NCBI GenBank assembly: GCA_035221665.1
Contig: CM069162.1
Location: forward strand, 27,032,001 to 27,096,000
DNA: 64,000 nucleotides
Origin: Okamejei kenojei
Lineage: Eukaryota
Direction: 5' to 3'
A model generated the notes under the pieces. The model made no database searches and was not told the origin of the DNA. It worked only from the letters and a program-made list of their open reading frames with translations. Of this stretch, positions 27,916 through 39,900 are shown piece by piece. Position 1 is the first letter of the stretch, and each line of letters begins with the position of its first letter. Both the position numbers and the translations under genes were made by a program.

Positions 27916-30900
27916 ACCGTCCCAGAACAAAATTAACTATTTTTTTATGAAGCATGAACATCTATAATCTTCATGAAGTACACAAAGATGAACACCAGAG
28001 CTAAAATTTGTTAGATTATAAGAAAAGGTTCAAATCTGTGGAGAAATGTTCAACGTCATGTTCTGATACTTGTTCAAGCTGTGGAAATTGAATAAAGTAA
28101 AAAAAATAGCAGTATGGCTGATTTAGTAACCTTAAAATATTGTGACAACCTTCAATTGTTGCAAAATTATCTTCTTCCACCTGCTATTTTCTTTTTGGGG
28201 GTTGGTCAAAGAGAGGATACAATTTCCCTACAACCTCTGCACAGCTGAACAACCTTTAGGCATTCATAACCAGGACTAACAGATATAGGACATCAAGTTG
28301 GACTAAGCACTTGAAGCAACTTGAGCTGCAGTGCCATCGATGGAATTTATGAATCTTGGTCCATTTATTCTATTCCGAAGAGATAACAGGATTATTTTGC
28401 TGTGTTGGCCGAAAGAGTGATTAAATACTTCGAATAAAAGAGTGTTATTATTCATTTCTCATCTGTTTAATTAAGATATTCTCTCAAACTGAACCTCATG
28501 TCTCCATAAATTATTTAGATCGTCTGTTTTTCTGCATTTGCTTCGGCTTCAATATTTTAATAAGTTTAATCAGTCTGAACAAAGCATCGTCTGTTCATTT
28601 CCTCCACAGATGCTGCCTGACCCGCTGAGTTCCTCCAACACTTTGTGTTTTGTTTTTAACAGGCTTCTGTTTACCTTCCATCCATCCTGTAATAGAGTCG
28701 TCAAGAGTGTTTATTGTCATGTGTCCCAGATAGAACAATTCAATTCTTACTTGCTGCAACACAACAGAATATGTAAACTGATTTTTTTGCTTCCGTCATT
28801 TTTCCACTTTCAGCCCCTTTCTGATTTCCATTCAGCCATTGCTTTATATTTCATCTTTGATCCCTTACCAATTGTAATCCAAACCTACCATTTTGTTTGC
28901 CTACATAGCCTCATATGGATAATTTACTGCTGCGACCTTGCCTGTTTTACAAATGAGATAATTGCTTTGATTCTTCCTCTGATTTTTCTGAATGATATGG
29001 GACTAAATATAATATTAGAATGTTAATTGGGCTGCACTTATTAGAAGAAGCATTTGATTAAGATTGTGAGTGTTTTTGTTTTTAGATTCAGTACAATCTA
29101 CTCACTCCACCAGCCTGCACTGCTAGTTCCAGTGGTACACAAGATTCTGGCCGGCGCATTCAAGTGCCATTTTACCATGGATTTAAAGAGGTTGAAGAAA
29201 ACTGGGTGAAACACATTGGGACAGGTACGGCAAATATATGGTTAACATGGAGGGATAGGTATTGGAAGTCAAAAGATAAATACTGATAAGATGTCTTTGC
29301 AGACTAGTCATCTTGTGTGAGCAAAATGTAACATTTAAATTAAGTCATTAATCTAGAGTTTATGAAGCAGCAATCAGTCTCAGAGAGTCATGGCCAAAAC
29401 CTGCTCATTCAGTCATCCTCATTTAGTCTGTCCCAAATGTGAAATTGTTAACTTTTAAATGTCCTCTGAGAGGCAAAACAATAAAGTAAGTTTATCATTG
29501 TCTGTTAAAGAAGAAAACAAATAAACAATGGGAATGACCTCGGCACTTGAATTCTGACACACCAAAGACATTTGCATGCAACCCACTTTCACCCCAGCAT
29601 CCTCCACATGCAGCGTTTTATTCTTTGACATTTCTGTATAAAATCATGGGAGGAATAGATACTTTGCCCAGAGTTGGGGAATCGAGGACCAGAGGACATA
29701 GGTTCAAGGTGAGGGGGAAAAGATTTAATAGGAATCTGAGGGATAACCTTTTCACACAAAGGGTGGTGGGTGTATGGAACAAGCTGCCAGAGGCGGTAGT
29801 TGAGGCTGGGACTATCCCATTGTTTAAGAAACTATTAGACAGGTACATGGATTGGGCAGGTTTGGAGGGATATGGACCAAACGCAGGCAAGTAGTTAGCA
29901 CATTGTTGACTGGTGTGGGCAAGTTGGGCCGAAGGGGCTGTTTCCACACTGCATCACTCTGTGACATTATGACTCTACAACGTGATCAACTATCAGTCAC
30001 ATCTTCCCCTCACCATCCCTTTCTGCTTTCCATAGGGACCAGTCTCTCCGTGACTCTGTGGCGCACTTACCCTTCCCCACTCATCCCTCCGTACAACCGT
30101 AGAAGATGTAATGCCTGTCACTATACCTTCCCCATCACCACCATTCAGGGGCATAAATAATCCTACCAGTTGAAGCAGAGATTCACCTATACCTCCAACC
30201 TTGGCAGGTCCCAAAACGGAAGTATAGATACAAGGAGTGGTTTGTGACTTAAAATGCTACGTTTTGGAACCAGAGATTTTGTTTGGTGGACATAAGACAA
30301 AACATTTTCTGAGAGTTGACAAGATTATCTTCCTGAGTTATTAATGTCTATGAACAATCTTAAAGTAATACAGTGTATAACAATGAATGAAGAGTTAACC
30401 ATAAGCTGGGCTTAGATTTTATTTCTGATGTCCAACTGTTTCTTTTCCAGAGTCTGCTCCTTTGCCTAAATTCTACAGCATCCTTTCTCATGAGACTTCC
30501 GATGATGATAGGAACAGATTAGATGAGATGGTGAGAAGCATGGAATTAAGTTTGCTACATCCTGGAAATCTTGTAAAAATATTTTTAAATTGTAGTATTC
30601 TTGAATGGTTATCATGCAAATTGGATATATCCAAGAGGTGGTCTTTTTTTAAGGTTTTATATCTGTTTGGTATAACTTATTTATATTATTTCATTTATTT
30701 TTCCATTTATTCTTCAGGTCTTTGATGTCCTCTATGGCGGTGCATTAAAGTATGATGACTTGTATTCATCCCTGATTTTGCTGTTGTCAGCTGGCTCACA
30801 GTTTGATGCACTCAGGCGTGAAGAGCACAAGAATGCAACGCCTGTGGTAAGTTCAAGGAGTGTATATCTCACAGTCTCAGCCCTCACAAGAGTCTGCAAG

Positions 30901-33900
30901 GGGCCATTGGACATGAAGGAGCTGTTCGCTGTATTCTGTCCCTACCCCTTTCTTTGTCAGATACTTAGCAACTTGTAGAATGAGTGCTATTTCCACATAA
31001 AATGAGTGCTGAGTCATCAAAACTTCAATCTATTGAAGTCTTTGAAGACTCAAAGACTGAAGTCTTTGTCATGGGGCCCATTCGACTTTACTGTATAACT
31101 TAAATTTCAGGTTTCTGGTTATGACGCGAGTCACTATTTATCCCAGATGGGAATTTCGCTGAATTTTGAATGTTTTGAAGCACAATTATTACTTGGTCCT
31201 GGGTGTGGGGGTGTCGGTGTGTTTCCCTGCATCTCCATGCAACCTCTTTAATGTCGCTACCTCCTCCTCCACCACCCCTGATTCCAGGCACCCACCATCT
31301 TACGTGTGTAAAAAAAAAACAACCTGCCCCACACATTTCCTTTAAACGTTGCACTTCTCACCTTAAAGCTATGCCCTGTAGTTTTTGATATTTCCACCTT
31401 GGAAAAAAGTTTCCAATATTCATTCGTGGTTTGTTTCTCACACACACAATGCTCCTAAAATGTAAGCATCCGTACAAAATGGTGTTCTCTGCTACGTTAT
31501 TGAGTTGTGTATGATCTGTTGAAAAATAGGCTTCCATTTAATGAGGTTTGCATCAGATGTAGAATTAACCAGTTCTGTTTTTCAGTTGGCCTATGCTTTA
31601 TGCTGCAAGTCATTATTTCGTTCTTTCGTTGACTTTTCCTTCTAGGAAGCTTGCTCCATTCAGTATTACTTCTTAATCTTGTGGAGGATCCTAGGAGTTG
31701 TGCCTCCGTCAAAAGCCTACGTTAATCAGGTGGCAATGAGCACAGCGGAGCTTAGTGAATGCGACATCCTGCATACGCTTCGATGGTCATCGCGCCTTTG
31801 TATCAGCTCCTATGCAACGTGGATCAAGGTATTAACAAATGAAACCCCCAGTGGTTTGTGGTGCAAAAGTGCAAAGTATTTGTTTAGTTGCAGCATGAAA
31901 GCAGGCCCTTCTGCCCGATCACCTGTTCACACTAGTTCTTTACCCACCTTTGCATCGATTTCTTACACATTAAAGGCAATTTACAAGGCCAATTAACCTA
32001 CAAGTCTGCATGTCTTTGGAATGTGGGAAGAAATTGGAGCACCTGAAGGAAACCCGCACAGTCGCAGAGAGAATATGCAAACTCCACATAGACAGTACCC
32101 GAGGTCAGGATCAAACCCGGGTCTCTGGCGGCTGTGAGGCAGCATCTCTACCAACGGCATCATTGTGCTGGCCTATTACATGTCAAAAATAATCTGTCGG
32201 GAAAATTGATGTTTTGTAGAGCCAAGTACTGGACCAAGAGAGGGAGACACGAAAAACGGAGAATTGTTGAGAGGTTTAGATTGTTAGTTCACACTATATC
32301 ACAGAGTATTCAAATATTGCTTTATGGCTATATTTTACCTCGTATTTTTTCTGTTTTCTTCTTTTGATGCTGCTTCATGCCAGGTTTACCCTGTTCATGC
32401 CAACAATGTTCTACGTCATCACCGAGGCAAAGAACCAGCAGTGTCTGCACCATTAGGGTGCAGAACACAGTCCTACCCAAATCACTGTGCATTTTTCAAA
32501 GAAGCTGCCCGACATCGCTGAGCAACAATTGGGAAACAAGGGATTATATTCACATGGATCATTTACTGCTGCCTTAGCTTTTTCCTCTGCATCAACCATT
32601 CATCTATGGATCACTTAGTCTTGTACTGGGATGCTATGGCGCATGCAATTAATGTTGAGCCATTATCCTATCCACATACAATAGCAGATGGAAGATTACA
32701 TGGTAACATGGAAAGGAAAAGGAGAGTGAAGCAGTTATTTTCAATATGACTGTTGTTCATTGAGCGGCTTGTTAATGCGTGATTTTACTTTGGCTGCAGG
32801 ATCACCTGGCGCGACAGGGCATGAAGCCAGACCATGCTGGCTCACTGGTAGAACTGGCCGTTGCCAAGTGCAGTTTTGTGAAGTATGATGTGGAACTTGC
32901 AGAGGACTACGTTGCCAGACAGGTATGAAAAAGCCTGGCCAGTGTGCTGTCTGTCTGAAAGTGGTGTTTTTATTACTGTATGGATGAAATAACCTTGATA
33001 TTATAGGCTGTGGTACTGCCATTGTGGCTATAATCTTCAAGCCATGGCAAATCGTTCCTCCTGTATTTTCAGAATATTTCGCCAAAGTATTTCCATAGGA
33101 GAAGAGGGAACAAGAAGACCAGAACAGGAGCAGTACTGGGCATGTTTTTTACAGAGAGTGAAGAGTGCCTGGAACGTATTGCCAGGGGTGATGGCGCTGG
33201 CATTTATGATAATGGTGTTTAAGAGGCTTTTAGATAAGTGCTGGGAATGGAGGGTAGTGGATCATGTGCAGCCAGGTGAGATTAGTATACAATATACCAA
33301 GCTGTGAGAAAGTATAGTGGAAATTATCTATCTGAGGAGGGACTGGCATAGTACTATTTTTTCCGAGGGGCGAAGCCCCGAGGAAAAAATAGTAACTATT
33401 GACAGTCCCTCCGAAGATAGATAATTTCCACTATACTTTTGAACTAAAAGCTTGGTATATTTGTTTTATATCCCTTCATAACATCTAATAAAAATAAAAA
33501 GTACAGAAAATAAATCGACTTACCCCATTCTTCTGCATAAACTGTCTTGAAATAGCTGAGTGCGCGATATCCTCAATGAAAGATAACAGAGTAAAACTTG
33601 AACTTCCTTCAAAACGAACATGGTCACTCGGTAAGCTGGAAGCTGCCATGTTTGTTTACGTCTAGTCTCGCTGTACTGCTGCGGCAGCTCGCAGCGCAGC
33701 GCAGTGGGCCATACACTCTGCACGCAAACTATGCATACCGCTGCTACAGGCGGCAAATTAACGAGCTTTCCGTACAATGTACAGTCTTGCTCAGCATTGT
33801 CGCCTGCACGTTCGTGGTTCGAATTGAAGCAAATTTCGTGACCGAGTTTTGAGCATGCGCAGTTTTACCAAGGAAGAAATTAGTAAAAAGAGCATGCGCA

Positions 33901-36900
33901 GTGCTGCCCAGGAGAAAATAGCAAAAAATAATTGGAGCTAATGCAATTTATTTTTTATTCATCGAATACCGATTGACCAATCACGTTTCTAGATTACTCA
34001 TGAATATTCATAGAAGGGATATAATTTAAATTATATGTTCGGCACAGACATGGGCTAAGGCCTGTTCCTAGTTCCTAGGCCTATTGTTTGAAGTTCTGTG
34101 AGCTGAATATCTTGTTTTGCTGCTGTGTAAACTTTGCCCAGATATACCGAAAGAAACTGGGGGTGGTGAGGCTGTGGGGAAGACCACAGAGATAATTAGA
34201 ACCACAGTCACGATATTATTGCTTCCATTCCCTCGCAAGTGTTTCTATACCGTAATCCCTGACAAAATTGCCACAGGGAGTGGTTGAGGCAGATTGTTTT
34301 GATTACTTTAAAGGGATGTGAGTAGACAGGAGGGGAACAGTAAGGAAGGATTTATTATTTTTCATTCATTTATTTGTGGAATGCTATAGTCTGCATGGTC
34401 AAAGGGCTCCCATGGTGTTAGACAGGAATTCATGTAGTAATGATATATATTTTTTTAATGTGGACGATATGTTACCTCAAGATGGTGGTCTCCGATCAGC
34501 AAGGAGATAAGGGTGTTGGGAATAGCAGTTGCTGTTGGAAACTCCTGGCAGGTTGCTGTCTTCTTTAAAAATGATTGAGACAACAGATCTTTTAAAACTT
34601 TTGTCTTTGTACACGTATGTATGTGAATTGCATGTTTTAATCGGAAATCCTAATGTGCCATTATGTAACAGTTTTATTTGTTCAATTATTCTGGATTCTT
34701 CTTCGTGATCCAGTTGCAGAAAGTATTTCATTATCATTTAGCGTATATTCAATGATGATTGACAATGATGCTACTATCCATTCAAGAGCTTGAAGTGAGT
34801 TCTCCTACAAATTTAGGTCTCCTCCTGTAGTGGAATTGATGCAACTGCTATCCTCCCACTCAACCGGCTCCCCAACATGCAGACCATCTATACGCTTGAT
34901 GCAGTTATATCAAAGATCCAGGTTTCTTTGGATGAGTACTTTTCTAAGGTGGCTGCAGAAACTGATACCCACAAGACTTCTGAGATCACAAAGAATTTGC
35001 TTCCTGCAACCCTTCAGCTGATTAGCATCTATGCTACTTTTGCCAGGTACAAAACTGAATGCTCAGGCATTTTATTTACATTAAAATTGCCAATTGAAAT
35101 GTTGATAATGGCCACATTTAGCTTTTATGACAATTTTGTTGGATATCAAGTTCCTCCGGGGCAACAACTGCGCATAAGAAACCCATACTTCAGCAAAGGG
35201 GCGGCACGGTGGTGCAGCGGTAGAGTTGTTGCCTTACAGCGCTTACAATGCCAGAGATCAGGATTCGATCCTGACTATGGGCGCTGTCTGTACGGAGTTT
35301 GTACGTTCTCCCCGTAACTGTGTGGGTTTTCTCCGAGATCTTTGGTTTCCTCCCACACTCCAAAGACGTACAGGTTTGTAGGTTAATTGGCTTGGTATAA
35401 ATGTAAATTGTCCCCAGAATCTGGAGGATAGAGTTAATGTGCGGGGGTCGCTGGTCGTGGCGGCCTCTGTGGGCCGAAGGGCCTGTTTCCACGCTATACC
35501 TCTAAACTAAACTAAACAATGGGGGTTACATCTTGTGGTTAAGTTGTTGTAGGTTGATGGAACAGTAGGGAGGGAACTTTACACTGAATCTAACCGCTGA
35601 ACATGCATTTCTAAATGCAAAAATAACTTTTAATTATTGAACTAACATGTGCAGTTGCCGAAGATAGACACAAAATACTAGAGTTACTCAGCGGGTCAGC
35701 TGGGGAAATACAAATGTCAGTGAATGGGCTGTGGTCATTTCCCAATGTCCCTGAAGCTTAGAAGGCTGAGGCGTGCCATTATAGAGGTTTATAAAATGAT
35801 GAAGGACATAGATAAAATGAATAGCCACAGTCATTTTACCAGGACAGTAGAGTCTAAAACTAGACTGCATAGGTTTAAGGTGTGAGGGAAAAGGTTTAAA
35901 AGGGAGTTGACCTGAACGGCAAGTTTGTCGTACAGAGGATGATGTGTATTTGGAACGAGCTGCCAGAGGAAGTGGGAAAGGCAGGCACAATTACAGCATT
36001 AAGACAGATACGTGAAGAAGAAAGTTTGGGCGAGATATGGACCGGGCACAGGCATGTGGGAGTAACTCGGTTAGGCAAATTGGTCGACATGGATGAGTTG
36101 GGCCCATGGGATTGTCTCCATGCTGTATGACTATGATTTTGTGCTCGTGAAAATGCAAATGTTAGTGATTGGGCTGCTGGTGTTTTAGGTCTTGATTATG
36201 ATTTTTTTTTTTTTAACAATTTGTGTATAATGAATTGCTTGTTTGGTGTTTGATGTTAGGTCATACCTGTTGAGGAGCCTGTGTGAAGAGGGCTCGGCTG
36301 AATGCCCAACTGAAGAGAAGCTGCAAGGCTACGCGGCAGCACTGGCGATTGGATCTGCCCGTTGCAAGACCAACACTGTTGGTAAGGGCAGAAACTCTTC
36401 TGTAACTGTTTAATCATTGGCACTGTAAAGAAGGTGGATCTAAATTGCAGGAGTTGTTCTTATCTTTGAAAAATAAATTTACAAAGTCATTCCTTCTGAT
36501 CCTTTCCTTTTTGGCCATGGCTACTGTCATCTTGCTCAGGTCCCCATTAGACGTCCATCTTTTCAGTCACATGACAATCACTCTATGAACCTGGGTATGG
36601 GCGTTGGCAGGCTGATTTAATCAAATCTCAGACTTGTTCTACCATAATGTGTGCGCACACTGATCTTCCACAGAGGCTACAGAAATTGGTCACATGCCAG
36701 CATCCTGGTTTTTAATTTCCTTTCTCTTATCCCATTTAGAAAATTTGATCCTAATTGCAGTATGACATTGGGACCTCTATTGTGTGACATTACCATACTG
36801 ATAAAGTCATTGAAATTATTCCTGATTACATTGGTTCATGTAACGAAAACAATAGAGTACTGTAAAGTTTATTTTAATCAGTCATTTTTTACTTTGGATT

Positions 36901-39900
36901 TTTAAAAAATGCATTAAAACTGCAAGTCAATGAGGGAAATGGCTTTGATTCAAGCTTATTATGGATACTGAAGGAATGTCCATTTGTTGTGATGCTTTGA
37001 TTATACTTTATAAGTATAATGCAGCTAGAAATTCTGTCTGCCTAAGGTTGATGTTGTATCTGCGAGAGGTATTCTGTTCTGCATGATACACAAGACTGAA
37101 CTGCCTGCTTGAAATAATTCCAATTGATTGTGATTGTGTTTGCAGCTCAGTTGGTGATACAGAACCTTCCATCAGCTGTTCAGACACTGTGTGAAGCGTG
37201 GAACAACGTCCACACCAATGAGTTTCCCAACATCGGATCATGGGTAGGTGAAAAGTACAAGATTGTAAGATGGAGCAGGATTAGGTCTAATCGCCTCTCC
37301 AGCCTGTTCTGCTGTTCAATAAGGATCAAGACTACCAATCTTTGGCCGTAGCTATATTTTCCTGCCTCATCCCCAAGATCATAATTCCCTTGCAGTCCAG
37401 GAGGTTACGTCATCCTTATTTATTCTTGAACGTACATTAGATATTAAATTGTTCTGTAATAATGATTAGATGGAGCATGACCATCCATTGCATGGGTCAT
37501 TAAAGATCTTGTGGTATTATGTAGAAACATATGAAGTGTCTTGACGAGGGGTCCCGACCCAAAATTGCCTATCCATGTTCTCCTGAGATGCTGTCTGATC
37601 CGTTGAGCTACTCTAGCACTCTGTGTCTTCCCATGGTATTATCTCTGGACCACAATTGATTTAATAAAATAGTGATTAATTGTTTCTAGAATATTATATG
37701 CTGAATGGCTTTTAGATTTTGTTAAATAAGTTAAGAGGAATTGTATTTAAAATCCTTTGAAATGTTCCTGGATAGTGTGAAAAGGTACTATATAAATGTA
37801 TGCTATGGGTCATCTCCTTCTGTTACATTGCAGCAGATCTTTTGTCAACCCGTGTTTATAATACCATGTAGTGCCTTAGCCTTCGATGTTTAATAAGTTG
37901 CATGCACATGAAGGTCAATTCACAATAATGTATTCCTTCTCTCCAGAGATACTGAATTACTCCAGTTTTTTGTGTCTTTCTTCACAATAATGTACAGATA
38001 TGGAGTTTAAGAAATAGAGAAAATAAAAATGGAACTTAGATGAAAATATATTTCCGTCAATTCAAAGGCTGTGTTATGATAGAGGAAGGTTTGAGTGTTT
38101 GTGCACATGGTGCATGGTACCTTACTTCAGAGAAATCTTATGAGGTGATCCTGTCGTGCTGTATGATATTTTACACAAATACAGTAATTTAAATATTGAG
38201 AACATATGTGGTCATGTGAATTGCTCTGGGCTTAGATGAATAAAGATTAATCAATAGGGATTAACAAATACAAAGAATTGTAAAATTGAACCGTTTTCAT
38301 TGGAATAGATATTATAAGGTGAATCATAACCGTTTTTAAAAGTATGAATGGATACGATAAATGGAGTGAAATATTTTGCATCTAGTCTAAGGAAGGTTAA
38401 GACGCAATATTGAATAGATTCAGGAGAAATATTTTTACAGGGAGCCTTGGCTTATATGACCATGAGCCACTAATTGAAGGTGTAGCTATGACAACATTGA
38501 GTAAAGCAATGTAGATAAATGAAATGTTAAAAGATTTGGATTTCTGCTTTTTTGGACTGATAGAGCTAAATGTTATGTTTTGATGTAGGCCCATTGATTT
38601 CTATCCTTAGTGCTTAATGTATAAGCTAATGCTTATACTACATTGGCAGATCCCTTCCCATGTTTGGTGCTAGCTGTTATTATCCATGGGTTCTGAATAA
38701 TTTGAATGTAATTCAGGGGTTTAAATGAGACTTGATTTTTATCTTTTTGTTTTCTTCACAGCGAAATGCATTTGCGAATGACATCATTCCAGCAGAGAGT
38801 TACATTAGTGCAATCCAGGCCGCACACCTTGGCACGTTGTCCAATCAGAGTCTGCCATTGGCTGCATGCCTGAAGCACATTCTACTTTCGTTGGTCAGGC
38901 TTACCGGTGACCTCATAGTGTACGTTGAATAGTGGATTTTCAATCTTCACTCTGTTATATGTGACGTTGCATGCTTCAAAGACTCCAGTGTTACTAATCA
39001 CTCCTATATTTAATGTCCCCTCTACAATCTGGAAACGTAGAAAATAGGTACAGGAGTAGGCCATTCGGCCCTTCAAGCCTGCACCGCCATTCAATATGAT
39101 CATGGCTGATCATTCAACTCAATATCCTCTACCTGCCTTCTCTTCATACCCCCTGATCCCTCTAGCCACAAGAGCCACATCTAACTCCCTCTTAAATATA
39201 GCCAATGAACTGGCCTCAACTACCTTCTGTGGCAGAGAATTCCAGAGACTCACCACTCTCTGTGTGAAAAATGTTTTCCTCATCTCGGTCCTAAAGAAAT
39301 TCCCCCTTTGGATGGAAGGATGTCATCTGGCCCATTGTGCCAATGAGAGGTCTCGAGCCTTTCCACTGAGAAGTCCAAAGTTAGATATAGCTCCTAGGGC
39401 TAATGGAATCCAGCGATATGGGGAGAAAGCAGGAACGGGGTACTGATTTAGGATGATCAGTCTAATGATCATATTGAATGGCGGGGCCGACTCGAAGGGC
39501 CTAATGACCTCCTTGTGCATCTAATTTCTATATTCCATTCCCCAAATCTTTTCCTATAACTTGTCCTCTCATATGCCTTCAACTCCTGATTTTCCCTGTC
39601 ACAATTTACACAAGGGATAATTTACATCAAGCAGCATGTCTTTGGAATGTGGGAGAAACTCGAGTGGTCACAGAGAAAACCATGTAGTCACAAACAGACA
39701 TATAATCTCCACACAGCACTTGAGATAGGATCAAATTTCTGTTGCTGAAGCTGCACATCAGCAGCATGCGGCCCTGCACCATTTTGTCCCCTCTGTTGTA
39801 GGGGACAAATCGCTTTATGACTGATGAGTTGACCAGTTTATCTGTCCTCTGCCTACATGCGTCCTGAATTCTCCAAGAAAGAAAAGAAAATTCTACTAGG

